A DNA stretch of 64,000 nt from the human T2T-CHM13v2.0 reference genome, Homo sapiens (GCF_009914755.1 NC_060931.1); one strand, 5' to 3'. Shown: positions 1-15,943, numbered from the stretch's first letter. Notes: a model not told the origin generated them from the letters alone. Numbers and translations are program-made.

Positions 1-580
1 TACTAAATGATCCAGCCATTTCATTTCTAGATATTTGCTCAAGAGAAATGAAAGTATATGTCCACACAAAGCCTTGTATATGAATGTTCATAGCAGTTTT
101 ATGTGTAATAGTCTAAAAGTGGGAACCACTCAAATTTATATCAACAGGTGGATGGATAATAATTTGTGAGATAGCTATACAGTGAAATGCTATGCAGCAA
201 TAAAAGGAAATGATATGCTGATTTATGCCACAGCATGGATAAATGGCAAAATAAGTATGTTGAGCAAAACAAGCTATCTGAAAAGGAGTAGATAATGTAT
301 GATTTCATTTATATAATGTTCTAAAAATGCAAACTAATCTATAGTGACTGAAAGCATATCAGTAGTTGCAGGAGGAAGGAAGGAAGAGGACTGGCAACTA
401 AGAAGTGTGGAGAGAGGGATGATAAAAAAGCAGGAGAAAACTTCTAGGGGTAATGGATATGTTTATTATCTTGACTTTTTTGATGTTTTCCTGAGTCTGT
501 AGCAGTGTTCAAATTTATCAAATTTTACATTTCAAATATGTGCACTTTGTTATATGAAAACTATAACTCAAGAAAGCTCT
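1..580 (+). mobile_element. Old L1 (L1M-type) ORF2 end/3'UTR fragment
   Basis: Typical L1M 3' sequence: gatccagccatttcatttctagatat...atgttcatagcagttttat...atgtatgatttcatttatataatgttc. Heavily diverged. Confidence 0.75.
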
Positions 581-2374
581 AAGCTGTATCAAATGAAATT
601 TAGAATATTTTAGATATCACTTTTTAACTTTTTAATACTCGTCATATCTCTTTATGTCTATAATTTTATGTTTTTGTATGAGATTATTTTAACGCATGTA
701 CAACCTGTCTCATATTTAAGTAACACAGCCTATTTTATGATTTTACTGAAATTTTTGTTTTGTTTTTATCTTATTTACTTCTTTTCTATCTTGACAACAC
801 TATTTAAATGATACCATTTTAAATCTTTTATTGTGTATTTTCCCAGAGGCAAAAGAACATCTTTAAATTACCTATGTAATGTAGATCGTTCTATAGGAGG
901 AAGATAGCCCTCCTAATTTCCTGGCTCTGTAATTTACTGGTGTCCTGGCACATGTTAAACCTTAATCTCCTTACCAAATAAGGTAATTTTGTAATGCACT
1001 TAGTTTCATGCTCAGTGCCTGATAGTTAGCGTGCAACTTTTTAAATTTTTGTACATTCTTTTGAACAGTGACCTAGCTGAAATGTTGTGCCCTTTTTGAT
1101 GATGAGCTTTAGAAAACTTCAGCAGGAAAGATGATGGATACAATCAAATTATTAAGTAATCCAATATAAATGTGGGTTAGCCACCCTGAAAATGGACTTT
1201 AAAGGCATCAGAATTTCAAAGTTCTGTTGTCCAAACAACAGTCCGCATTATAGTGGCCACACTGAGAATAGAACGAGAATTATAAACTATTTTATAGTCT
1301 TACTTGAAGAATTCTCTGGTTATTAGGTCCATAAATGTCATTATTTTAAGAGTGAATGCCATGAGGAAGTTTTAATGAATGAAATACCAAAGAATTCACT
1401 GTCTACTTTCCTACTCAGAATAATTACTCACCACAAAGCTGTTCAGAAGAATTTTTAAGATTCTGAAATACACTACTTATTGCAGACAAGAGCCAAGAGA
1501 GATCGTTATCGTATTATTTATCCTCTGACCACTGTGACCACTACCTCCCCTTGTCACCTTCCACGTCTCCTAGGAAGGGCTGGCAGACCCAGAATGACTA
1601 CTTGCATTGTCCTTTCTCTGTATAAAACCTGAAATTTTGTGTAATATAATCCTTCCTCTGTAATAACATCAGAAACAGCAATGACTGCTAGCATTTATTG
1701 GGTGTTTATTGTTTGCAAATACAGTGAGTTGCAAATGTACTGAATAAAGCTTAATTGTATAAACAATCCTACAAGATAGGAACTGATACCACTCCCCTTG
1801 GAAAAATGAGGAGACAGTCTTGGTGAGTTTAAATAATGTGCTCGGATATTGCAATATTTTGCTTGTAAATAAGAACTCCAAAACAAGCCAAGGTATTAGG
1901 AAAATGTTTTTGTAAATACATCTTGAAACTTTCCAACTTTCAAGTTTGAGATCGTAATGAAACTTTTACCTTCCACATTTTCTTTTCTTAGCTTCTGCCT
2001 AGATTTTTTTCTTATCCTGTAGTACAATATTCCATCCAGTTTAACAAGAGTAAAGAAAAATACACCTGCCATTTCTTTTGTGACCCTTAACAATTACATG
2101 TGAGTTAACTGTACTTTTTAAATAATAGCAACTGAGTGAAATGCCAAAAAGTGATATTGCACAAATAGTCACTTGTGGCAAATCTTCTTTTATTTTATGC
2201 TTTAGGGTCATCGTTAATAATACGGGCAGTGAATTTTTTAAGAAAAATATTTTCTACCCTGCTGTCTGTTATGTTTGATGTTATACATTATAATTCTGTT
2301 TATGATGGGCTAACTTCACTAGATTCTGTTATGCACACAAACTGGCATTTTTAACCAACATATTTTATTTTTAG

Positions 2375-2518
2375 ATAAGTCTTCCTGAAGTCTCTCTATT
2401 AAAAATTTTAAAGTTAAACAAGCCTGAATGGCCTTTTGTGGTTCTGGGGACATTGGCTTCTGTTCTAAATGGAACTGTTCATCCAGTATTTTCCATCATC
2501 TTTGCAAAAATTATAACC
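2375..2518 (+). CDS. ABCB5: ABCB5 coding exon (probably exon 17), 144 nt, ISLPEVSLLKILKLNKPEW...FAKIIT
   Basis: Acceptor tttttag|ATA and donor ACC|gtaagt. Translation matches the P-gp-family linker end/TM7 and joins in frame to the next exon. Confidence 0.96.
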
Positions 2519-3288
2519 GTAAGTAAAATAAATTTGCTAATACTTTCAGCAATTTAAAGAAAGTATGACCTGAGAGAACAAGCTTGTATCAGTCTAAACC
2601 ACAAGGGGAAAATTGGGACTTTTAGTGGGCCGCCCCTAGTGTGGAGTCCGTGATAGGAAGGTTAATTAATGTTCCCAGGAGATAAGCCAGCATCTCTTGT
2701 AAAGTGTGTGGCCGGGCCTTGTTGACTGGGCAATCAGTGAAGAAATTGCTTTGTTTTCTAATTTTTACTCCAGTGCTGGATCAGCATTCCAAAACACTGA
2801 AGAAATAAAATAGGCAAATACAACTACTTTCCTTTCAATTAGTGGGTATAGTTGCAATTTCTTTTCTTACCAGCCAGCTCAGGGAGAAGAAATAACAAGA
2901 GTCTGGGATTTTGCTAAAGGACTCAGGGCAATTGGTGTGTTTAAGGATCTTACAAGATCCATGCTTACTCTTCAATGTTAACTAAAGTTCTAGCCTGGAA
3001 CTTCAGTCTCCCTAATTTGCACAGCTATACTTTATCAGTATAAATGCCTGTGTATGTATGTTACTAATTTTTAAGAAAAATTCTGGGGGCACATTAAAAA
3101 GCCTCACCTTGCAGGTACTACTTAACTAGAAGACTACTAAGAAACTTGAGTGATCAAAAATTATTCAAAATAATAATTCAAGCAAACTGGTGGTTTCTTG
3201 GGAAATATACTGTGATAATAATAGCAGATAGATGACTCATTATTCAGATCTCATATTTACATAGTTTAAGAGAATTAAAAGCAAGTTA

Positions 3289-3705
<417 letters not shown>

Positions 3706-3794
3706 TTAAAACTCCTGATATACAGAAATTTTCACTTTTTCTGTTTCTTTTATATTTTCCCCCAAACACCTGATAAAAATCTGTTCCTTTTCAG

Positions 3795-3899
3795 ATGTTT
3801 GGAAATAATGATAAAACCACATTAAAGCATGATGCAGAAATTTATTCCATGATATTCGTCATTTTGGGTGTTATTTGCTTTGTCAGTTATTTCATGCAG
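3795..3899 (+). CDS. ABCB5: ABCB5 coding exon (probably exon 18), 105 nt, MFGNNDK...SYFMQ
   Basis: Acceptor ttttcag|ATG and donor CAG|gtaagc; phase 0; encodes a TM8-like hydrophobic segment. Confidence 0.96.
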
Positions 3900-4027
3900 G
3901 TAAGCTTTTAATAAACAAGCCTGAGCATGATTACTTTTTGTTGCCATTCTTTCTATTTGAGTTAAAAATATATCAACTAAATGTTACAAAGGAAAAGAAC
4001 GTAGATTTTTGTTTGTTTGCTTTTCAG

Positions 4028-4105
4028 GGATTATTTTACGGCAGAGCAGGGGAAATTTTAACGATGAGATTAAGACACTTGGCCTTCAAAGCCATGTTAT
4101 ATCAG
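4028..4105 (+). CDS. ABCB5: ABCB5 coding exon (probably exon 19), 78 nt, GLFYGRAGEILTMRLRHLAFKAMLYQ
   Basis: Acceptor ttttcag|GGA and donor CAG|gtcagt; carries the P-gp motif GxAGEILTxRLR. Confidence 0.97.
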
Positions 4106-6475
4106 GTCAGTGATAAGTTGATTTTTTTTTATTTTATTTAAAATTTATTGTAAAACATTCTAGCTTTAATTCTGTCTCAAGTCAATTTTTGACATAATCT
4201 TTCTTTGAAAGCACACTCTTTTTGTTCTAAGCAGCAAAAATCTGATGTCAGAAGTCTTATATTTTTCTAAAAGAAGCAAGTCCAAAAGTGTGACGTTAAA
4301 AAAATACAGCTTATAGAAAAGAATGTAGGATCTACTCATTGTTCCTTGCATTCATCTTGACAAATCTTTCTTTTAATGAATGATGTAGTGTTCTGGGATC
4401 AGAACGGAAGGCCAAATTAAAAAGGAGAAGTAAGAGCTACCATATCTTGGGAATGTATCTGAAAAGAAGTTGTTAATTTCTCTGGTTCTAATTCATGTGC
4501 ATAGCTTAAGTTTTTTGACTCTACACTTCTTAAAGCAGCCAATCTCTCTGCCTTTATCAGAAGAGTCCTGAACTCAGATAACATCGGTCTAGCTGCCAGG
4601 TCTGCCTGCCTCACGCAGATGATCAGTCCCCGCTGTGAAATAACTAAAAATAGGTGGATCAAGTAGTAATCTTGAGAAGTGAGTCTTGGGGGCAAATGGA
4701 AGGAATGTCTCAGACTGGCACCTCTAAAATTCTTTCACGAGGCTAAAATGTATTGGGTTACCCTGAAAGCCAGTAATCATTAGTAGCCCTTCACCTCACT
4801 TTCTGTCACAAAAGCTCACCAGGCAGGAGCAAATAGCTTCCTGCCAAGGTGATTTCTTTTCAGAAATAGAGTTACTGTCACTCCAACTGAGTCGTCAAAA
4901 CCCATTTTTAAGTCTTATGACTTTTAGGAGCAGTGCTCTGAAGGCTGCCGTGCAACAGCTGTACTCTTAGGGAGCTACAAGATACAAAACGGAAAGAAGC
5001 AAGTCGGAGGTTTCCCACGGCAACACCGTGGTCTAAAGCAATGGGTGACCTTACACCTTCTGTGCAAAAAGGTCCCATTTCTGCTTCTTGTTCCACATTT
5101 GGAGACACTCCTTAATCCAGAAAAACAAAAGTCTACTTGTAGGATCATAAATCAATTTGATGCCAGCACATACCTCTCATGTTAAAGTTGTACATTATTA
5201 TTTTTTAATTTATGAATACTTTAGGTCTTTACTGCAAATATTCCAAGAAATAAGTTGAGACTTTAATTAACTAATACTGTATTTCACATTTGTTGACTAT
5301 TTCTGCTCATTTTTGTTTTTCTTTAAATTTTTCTTTTTCCCTGTTCAAATAAATTTATTTTAAATTTCTAGAAACTTTTGAAAAGGTTTCCTGAATGCCT
5401 AGATGTTTGTTTTTATACAGAAGAATATAAATTTTAATTTTTCCAAGCATACTTTGAACTTCCTTTCTGTTCATGGAATGCTTTTAGTGGAAGAATTTCA
5501 AAGCCATGAGACTGTTTAATGAGAGAAACTGTGGTTAATCTAGTATTTTGATGGTTAATACTGGACATTAATCCTCTGTCTAGCATTAGCCATGTGAATA
5601 TTAGGACTGTAACATTTTTAGATACAGTAGCTTCTGCTAATAAGGATGCTTGAAACTATAAGCCATAAACTCTGGGTTTTAAAATATCATGTACATACTC
5701 ACAAAGACTTGCACAGAAAGTCTATGCCACTTAGCACATGTTATTAAATATCCCCATAAGTTAAGTTGTTTGTTTTCCTTCTTCATCCTTCAGCACTCTT
5801 TTTGATTCTTAGCTTTACCTTTTAAAATTGGAGAAAAAGAAGACTAGTATATTTAGCCCTTTCTTTGTAAGCATCTTCACAGTTTTGCTTTGTCTATAGT
5901 AAGGGAAGCCCCTAGTGTGCAGTTTTATCTAACTCTTATTACCTGATTTTTGTCCTAAGATAAGACTTTTTAAAATTTAACAACCGTGCTCAGACTTGCA
6001 GTGCTTTTTATAACCATTGTGAAACTTCATTTGAGGTAGAGGTATGTAAAGAAACAGGTGTGTGTAGGTATAAAATCCATATTTTATGTGATTACTTTAG
6101 ATTCTTCCTGTTGAAAAGAATGTTCTAAGTGTTGCTGACTTCAGTCACTGAATAATTCGTCGTTCATTGTGTTTCAAAGTTAAGTTTACAATTCTTAATG
6201 ATAAATAATTACCTATAGAGCTATTGAGTTTTTGAACATGTAAGAAGTTTATTTTTCCCCATTTCCCTCTAAATTAGATTGGCTAAGGCTTCTTGGGGTT
6301 CTTTAAATTATGATAGCATTGATGGTGATCACTAAGGGGCTTCAAAATTTACCTAAGCTAATTCCAAAAGGCTTTGAGGTAATGAGTCCTGGAGCATGAG
6401 AAACAGGTCATGAAACTCAGCTGTAATTCTTCAGTCAGATGGCAGGCCGAACAAAATAATTGATTAAGAACTTAA

Positions 6476-6902
<427 letters not shown>

Positions 6903-8040
6903 AAATGTTTTCATATATGTTGCCTATGCTGGAAAACAATCCCTGGAGTACACAATTGCTGTCTTGCCAAAAAGCAATTTCAGACATCTTGCCAACTGAA
7001 CATCAGATAATGACTAAGATTAATCACATATGTACCTATTCATGGTGTTTTACAGCGAGTTACTATAGAATCAGGAATGTAATATTCAATAATAAATTCT
7101 TTTCATATTTTTTACTTTATACTGTATCTAAAAATGATCTGTGCATTCCATGTCATGTTGAAATCTAGAACCAATTAGAAAATACATAAAATATCTTAAT
7201 TTTGGAGAGAGAGAACACAATAAAAAGCAGGTGATGTCTTTCAGTTCAGCAGTGCTGTGTTTATTATTGTTGCTGCTGTGTATTCACAGTATGTTAGGCT
7301 CTTGCCTGGGATTGTGCTTTCAAAGTGGCTACTGTCCGGTGCAGACTGTAATCTCCATAGGATGCTCTTTGGGCATCTAGGACCCGAAGCTCATGCAGAC
7401 ACCTTCCCAACACAGTGGCTCAGGGTGGTGCTATCATGCCTGGCTCCTACCATATTCCTCCATAAAAGTTTTCATCTAACATATGATGTGCGTGATTAAG
7501 GCACAGCCCTCAACCTGCTATGCCTTTGTTTTGCCTGTTACCTGGGCCTCAGAGCCCTGGCTGGGTTGCAGTAAGCCAAGATTTTTTTTGTTCTTTACTC
7601 ACTAAAAATAAACCATCTTTCAGAGACAGTTTCCACATGGTTTTAATCTACAAGAGATACAAGTGGTTCCAGTGAGTGTGAGGAAACATTCAATAGCTAT
7701 AAGAGGAAATCAGAATTCCTCAGGCTGAGAAGCACTAAGATGTGCTGTCTCCATTTGCTGTTGAAAATAAAATTGGTTATTACATTATACTTTTATTGCT
7801 TGTAATTTTGACCTGACTCCTTCTTTAGATTGCATACCTCTTAACTTCAGGAGTTTCACAGCCTTCTGCCCTTTTAGCTTCTCACAACGCCCATTGCTGT
7901 AAGTTCTAGGAGGTAATGTGAAGCGTCAGGGAAAATCTTTATTATATGGCCCCTAAAGAGAAAGAGATAGACTTTTTATCATTAGTTAGTTTAGGTAGAA
8001 AGTTTTGAAGATATTTCTAAATTGTGTTGTTTATTGCCTT

Positions 8041-8042
<2 letters not shown>

Positions 8043-8074
<32 letters not shown>

Positions 8075-8353
8075 TGAGACAGGGTCTCACTCTGGCATCC
8101 GAGCTGGAGTGCAGTGGTGTAATCTCAGCTCACTGAAACCTCTGCCTCCCAGGCTCAAGCAATCCTCCCCACCTCAGCCTCCCAAGTAGCTGGGACCACA
8201 GGTGCACACCACCATGCCCAGCTAATGTTTGTGTTTTTTGTAAAGACAGAGTTTTGCCATGTTGGCCAGGCTGGTCTCGACCCCCTAGACTCAATCCTCC
8301 CACCTTGGCCTTCCAAAGTGTTGGAATTACAGGTGTGAGCCACCGCTCTGGCC
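8043..8353 (-). mobile_element. Alu (J-type)
   Basis: Long T tail; diverged Alu with the ctcaagcaatcctccc J-type signature. Confidence 0.9.
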
Positions 8354-8705
8354 TTCATCGCCTTACTTTTGAATTATGTCTGCTTTTCACAAATGACTTA
8401 TGGAATAAAATTACAAATCACTTGATGGTTTAAAATGACCATTTTAATTCAACATTGATTATTATACTATATGTGGTGATGAGTAATGAGTCCAAGCTCT
8501 TGGGCTTAAGTTCTTCAGTTTATATATAAATATAGATCTTCATGAAAAAATAAGCAACAGTCATTCAATCCATAGTATTTTATAGGAATTAAGTACCTGT
8601 GAGTGAGGAGGCAGGTAAATGTTTTCTGATTTACAGCAGAAAAATCACAAGTCAGATAAAAAAAATGATTTTTGACAACCATATGTTAATTCTCCTTTTC
8701 TCTAG

Positions 8706-8789
8706 GATATTGCCTGGTTTGATGAAAAGGAAAACAGCACAGGAGGCTTGACAACAATATTAGCCATAGATATAGCACAAATTCAAGGA
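8706..8789 (+). CDS. ABCB5: ABCB5 coding exon (probably exon 20), 84 nt, DIAWFDEKENSTGGLTTILAIDIAQIQG
   Basis: Acceptor ttttctctag|GAT and donor GGA|gtatgt; carries the ICL3 motif WFDxxxNSTG. Confidence 0.97.
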
Positions 8790-10693
8790 GTATGTATATT
8801 GTTTTTATTGTAAATGATGTATGTATGTGGTGTGCACACATGCAATGCACACATGTGTCTGTGCATATATGTGAGCTGTGCTGAGATGACCCACATCATT
8901 AATGAGGCCAGGTAAGTCTCACGGTTAACAGGTAACTCTCAGTGAAAGATGAAAGGAAGACTTTCCGTTCTGGATATTTTTAACCAAAAATAGAGAATAT
9001 TTAGTACCTGTAATAGGATAACTAGAGGACTAAAGAAGAGACCAAGAATAAGTTAGAAAAAAGAGCTCAGAATTAAATAGTTAGATAAGGAAAAGTAACG
9101 AAATGAAAACACACACACTTTGAGTTTTAATATAAGAAAAAGGTTTAGTTTTTCCTTCCCCCAGAAAATAAGATTTTAGTTAAAATAATGTCTAACAATT
9201 CAGAGTCATGTGTGCATCAGAAATGATTCTGTACTACTTGTTATACAAGTTAAAAAGAATTGTGTAATCATGACCAGTAATATGCATAACCAAGATATTT
9301 GTATATATTCATAATTAGTGATGGAATGACCAGCATAATATGTATCAAAGTCATGCTTAAACAGCTGTGGGGAGTAGAGGAGTATAGAAGAGGTAAGTAA
9401 TAATTTGTTAGTTTTCTTTTAATTATTTTAACAAAATTCACCTTTGTACAACAAATGGGATCTTAACTGAGAAAAGCAGCAGAAAACAAGGTTTCCTACT
9501 TTAAACTGAAGTAAAATAAAGCTTTCTATTTCTGTTAAAATAAAAATTCTAGTAGAGTTATAGGCTTTCCTTTTTCCTTATCATGCATTTGGGAGAAAAG
9601 GAAAATGTCAATAATTCACTTCTGAATAACAGAAAAATCTTACAAGTATTTATTCTGTTTAGGAATACTGAGATGTTGCTTGAAGCTTTGTTAGCAGAGC
9701 AACAAACTGTCAACTAAAGCAACCCATCAGAATTGTATGTTTCTTTTAGAGATTATTTCCACAGGATATGGCAACCGTTCTAAGTTGTTTTTTTTTTTTA
9801 ACTTTTGCAAGACCTCTTTGTTTAATATACATCGGCAAGATCGGATTTATATTATCAGAAAATAGAATAAGTGGGTTACAGTTGTGAATATTCACAAGCA
9901 TTCATTTTGGTTTACAAAGCTAATTTTATGATGGAGAAAGAGCTCGAGAGGAAAGTGGGCATCTTCATCTCTTCCTGAAATTCATTTTGTTAATTTTGAA
10001 GGCAAGGTTCTAGAATTTTGTTAGATAGTATTTAGATTCTAAAATAGGGCTGAGGAGTTCAATTTTATTGGCATACATGAAAAGATGGTGGATAGAATTT
10101 CACTTAATAATCAAATAATGGGTATAGCATTAACCTCCGTAGCACAATATAATTATCTGATTAACTTCTGAGTTTAGGAATTCCATGGTATACTACTCCA
10201 GGCAGAAATATCAATCCCTATAATTCCATTTGAATTCCCACTCCACAAAATTTGCTATTTTTTCTTTACTGTGTTAATGTTTGTCTCTTACTACTTATAT
10301 TTCAAATCTTTTCGGAATCTTTTGAGTGAAACAGGCATTCTTACCAGCAGCTATATTAATATGTGAGACATTTCTTTTAGCAGATATTTGCTTCAACTGA
10401 AAAACCAAATTATACTGAAAGACCCAACATTACTGTCCTTACATTTATTAATTGTTACTAATAAATAGTATTGTCCCTGAGGGAAATTACGGGGAATAGT
10501 TGTCAACCTGATTATAAGCACCTGACTAATATCATTTCATCACTTGAAACTTCATTGTTGCAGTTATTAAGTGCTGGTCTCACAATAACTTCTAGACAAG
10601 TCAAATCTTTTTCATTAGAACTAGTAGCTAGAGAATAAATGGTTGGAATCCTGATGAAAGATTTTAAAGTTGCCAAATTTAAAAAGTAAAACA

Positions 10694-10816
10694 AGGGGTA
10701 AACTGTCCCAGGTTGCAAATGGAGTCAGTAAAACTCTCAGGCTGATCAGTAGTGGGATAGTACCTGTGAAGAGCCACTGTACTCCAGCCTGGACAACATA
10801 GTGGGACTCTATCTCT
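10694..10816 (+). pseudogene. 5'-truncated 7SL (SRP) RNA retrocopy
   Basis: aggggtaaactgtcccaggttgcaaatggag...aaaactc...gctgatcagtagtgggat...cctgtgaagagccactgtactccagcctggacaacatag...tctct matches the 3' part of 7SL. It includes S-domain sequence that Alu lacks and has an A/T-rich tail. Confidence 0.85.
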
Positions 10817-11783
10817 ATATTTTAAAAAATCTAATTTTAAAAATTAAATTAATGAATAAAACAATCGAAGAAAGATTTCAGGAGTGAGACTGTGTCTAAT
10901 AAAATGTAATTTATAAAAATTCTTACTTTGCCATATAAAGATGGATTCATATTCAATTTCAATGGACAGTTTTTCTATAAAAGGAAGAGTTGTTTACCAA
11001 TCTTATTTGTCCACAAATGAATTCTTCCTCACAAGGACACTGTAGCATAAAGATGAGCTAGGAAATAATAATTTGGGGGTCATATTTCCTATCATATTGA
11101 CTTAAATAAGTCATACTCATCTCAATTTCTTCATCATGTAATTTCAGTTATATTTTATTCTATCAAATATATTAGAATGAATGTTCATAAAATAGCTCCT
11201 TAATAATAACAAATCTTAGTTTGAAACCTTTAACTCATGACTGTAAAGGTATTCCTCTGGCCATTTTTTAAAGCTTTGATATTTTTGAAAGTCATGATAA
11301 AAACATGCTAGTGAAATAGAGTCATAGGACAACATGATTCCTAGATAGTTGTCTGAATACAACCAATTTAACTGATATTGTTTTAGCCCAAGGGAATAGC
11401 CTATTGCCAGTACATCTGTCAACAGACTATTTTCTGTGTAATATGTGCTTTAATTAAAGCTAAAAGCCATTTTAGATTATTTTGGAAACTCAATTCTGTA
11501 AAATTACAAGGTATTATTTCTGTACATTTTGGCGATCTCTTTTCATCAACCAAAAGTCTTATTTCATTTTTGTCCACAAGAAAGTGTGTTATTGACACCA
11601 CAGTGTGCATTTGATATACCACAGACACATCCAATGCTAGAACCTAGAACTCTTCTCATCAGAGCTGTAATATGTTGCCCAAATAAATCGTAAACATTTA
11701 TTTCACGTATTAATTCCAAAAACCCAGTGAGTTTACTAGTTAGAACTAAGATATTATTACCTGGACAATGGTAACCTCATTTC

Positions 11784-12082
<299 letters not shown>

Positions 12083-12337
12083 GGTAACCTCATTTCTTAA
12101 TTTAACTTTTTGACATGGGAAGTGTGTAAAACAACTTGACATTACTTTTGATTCAAACAATGTTGCCATGGAAATGACTTTTCCACAGCATAAGGTTGGC
12201 GTATAATTGCTGTTTTGTCTTGCAGTTTTAGGTTGAATTAAGAAAGATAATCAAATCTACAGCAGAAGCTAATATCCAGAGGCATTTAGTATTTGATAAT
12301 AGTGGTTAAGGACGGCTCTTTTAAAAAAAGTTTTCAA

Positions 12338-12490
12338 GCAAGGTGCAGTGGCTCACATCAGTAATCCCAGTAATTCAGGAGGCCAAGGCAGGAGGATCGC
12401 TCGAGCCTGGGAGGTCAAGGCTGCAGTGAGCCATAATTGTCCTACTGCACTGTAGCCTGGGTGACAAAGTGAGATCTTGTCTGAAAAAAA
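12338..12490 (+). mobile_element. Alu monomer (FRAM-like)
   Basis: Single arm of about 150 bp with right-arm sequence and an A tail. Confidence 0.75.
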
Positions 12491-13778
12491 ATTGTTTTTC
12501 AATCTTGGCCTTGAATTCATAATATTGCAAAAAACTTTACCACTGCTAAGCCATCAAACTGCTGAGTGGTAAGGTAAGTCAAAAATTTCCCTTGACAAAA
12601 ACACACAAAAATGAAGATGGTTACGTTTACAAGAGCAAATGAACTTAACCATTTACACTACTGGTCCAATAATGCATGATAAATTCAATTACTTCCCATA
12701 AAATATATGCTGACAAATAATAATAATAAATAACTGTAGGCCTTAAACACTTTACATTTTCACAAGCTTTGTAAATTTGTCCAACCAAGGCTTGTTTTCT
12801 GCTGTACAAATATTTTAACCATCAGTTGTAATGTATCTTAGTAGATTCTACTTTGGATTGTACTTATTTTTTTTCCTCAACTTCTTTGAAAATATTCTCA
12901 GCAGTACTTGTTCCACAGAAACTATTTATAGTGCCTAACTTTTCACTTACTTCAAATTCAACGTTGGCTCCTCAAAAAACCAGCAACTGAGCAGTGTCAG
13001 TAACATATGTCAACTCATCAAGATCCAGGAAAAACTACTCAAAATAATCTACCTTATTTTTTAATTGACTGTGGATGTTACTCTCAACGTCTGTAACTAT
13101 GAGCAACTGTTCTCACCAAATGGCAGCCTTATATAAGTTACGCAGTCTGAACACATTTCTTCCACTGCTACAATCAAACATGATATAATTAACTCACAAT
13201 CCATAAGTGCCTTTCTTTGCTTGGCCAATGAATAAGCCACTTAAAAATTTACTTTGGTTTCATTCTCATTTTCATATTTTAGTTTTGCGAAGAAATTCTG
13301 CTAAGACAAGATATTTTGTTTTATATTTTCTAGTTTTCTGAATGCTGCTTTCCTGTAAGTGGGGAATATTGCGATGAGTGTTCAGTCTGCTAATGTTGAC
13401 ATATTTTGTATTTTTCAGCACTATTTAGTGTCATAGCATAAAAAACACAATGCTGTGGCATCTAATTTGAATACAAAATAACTCACAGCCCACCGTTCCT
13501 TAAAAACATGGCATTGAAAGTCCACATTTCTCTTATTTTCTGTTTTGAGATGATGGGTATGCAATGGTATTTTTAAAAACTAGGATAAAGTGTAACAGTA
13601 CAGCAAAACTCAACATGCTCTCAAATTCTAACCACGTCACTGAGATGTGTAGCATGCTGAGAAGCAGGGTAAAGTGATGAGAGTGGCACATATGGTTTCT
13701 CTAGCAGCTACCATCACTATAACCTAAGACAGCCTAAACAATAGGTAAACATGACAGTCAGCCAGTTCGTTAAGATAA

Positions 13779-14060
13779 GGCTGGGCAAGGTGGCTCACAC
13801 CTGTAATCGCAGCACTCTGGGAGGACAAGGTGGGCGGATCACCTGAGGTGTTAGACACCAGGCTGGCAACATGGTGAAACCCTGTCTCTACTCAAACCAC
13901 AAAAATTAGCTGGGTGTGGTGGTGGCTGCCTGTAATCACAGCCACTCGGGAGGCTGAAGGAAGAGAATCGCTTGAACCCGGGAGGTGGAGGCCAAGACCA
14001 TGCCACTGCACTCCATCCTGGGCGACAGAGCAAGACTCTAAAAAAAAAAAAGAAAAAAAA
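13779..14060 (+). mobile_element. Alu (S-type)
   Basis: Two-arm Alu with A tail. Confidence 0.92.
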
Positions 14061-14065
14061 TAGGT

Positions 14066-14436
<371 letters not shown>

Positions 14437-15385
14437 TTACATGATGCAAAATATTATTCTTCTCTTGATTTTTTCCTAACCATTAAAAAAATATAAAAAA
14501 CATTCTTATCTTATGGACAATATAAAAGCAGATAGAGGGTCAGATTTGGCCTGTAATCTATAGTTTGTCAACCCACGCAATAAAAAATCCACAAAAGAAC
14601 TTCAAGTGGCATTTTACAAAAGAAGAAATCCATGTGAACTATGCCCTTGTACTTTTATTCTATTTGTGTGTCTGTATTTAGAGTGTGATTCTCACAGGCA
14701 GCATATAAGTCTCTTTGAATATCTGAATGGGATATTCAGACCATTTTCATTTAATGTGGTTATCAAAATGATTAGGTTTAAGTCTCTCATTTTGCAATTT
14801 GCTCTTTATTCCATATGTTCTTTGCACAGTTTTCCTATTTTTCTGCCTTCTTTTGGATTAAAATTTTTTAGTATTCTATTTCATCTCTTTTTGGAGGAGT
14901 AAGGAAAGTGATATTGCTAAGTATAATGTTTTGTTTTGTTATTCTAGTGGTTACTTTAGGCTTTATAGTACCCATCTTTAACTTATCACAGTCTACCTTC
15001 AAGCAATATGGATGTCAACTTACAGCGTAAGAAACTTAAAATAGTGCAGTACTTCCATTTTCCCCTCCAAATCTTTTGCTATTGTTGTCATACAGTCTCC
15101 TTCTATATATGTAATAAACCCATACTACATTGAATTATTTTTGCTTAACAATCATCTTTTATTAAAGAATTTTAAATAAATATGTAAAGTCCTATGTATT
15201 TACTCATGTAGCTAACATTTCTGGTCTCTTCCTTCCTTATTCTAGGTACCTATTTCCATTGGTATCATTTTCCTTCTGCATCCAGGTCTTTTTTTCACCT
15301 TTCTTAAAGCGTTAAGCTTGATAGTGACTAATTATTTCAGGTTTTTTATGCCTGAAAAGTCTTTATTTCACCTTAATTTTTTTGA

Positions 15386-15733
<348 letters not shown>

Positions 15734-15772
15734 CAGCCTGCCTGCCTTTCTTTCTTTCTCTCTCTCTTTCTT

Positions 15773-15856
<84 letters not shown>

Positions 15857-15930
15857 TCCTCCCTCCCTCCCTCCCTCCTTCCTTCCTTCCTTCCTTTCTT
15901 TCTCTCTCTTTCTTTTTCTTTCTTTCTTTC
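15734..15930. repeat. Compound (CTTT)n/(CT)n/(CCCT)n/(CCTT)n microsatellite
   Basis: About 200-bp tract, almost entirely pyrimidine on the + strand. Confidence 0.97.
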
Positions 15931-15943
15931 AAGATATTGCTCA

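Noticed and set aside
2595-2740. GC-box (CCGCCC) and RUNX-like AACCACA just after exon 17 as an internal promoter
   Set aside because: Short motifs only, no CpG island; not supportable from sequence alone.
7257-7570. GC-richer segment with an 80-aa ORF, possible processed pseudogene or LTR
   Set aside because: I could not recognise a parent gene or element, and there is no poly(A) tail or TSD.
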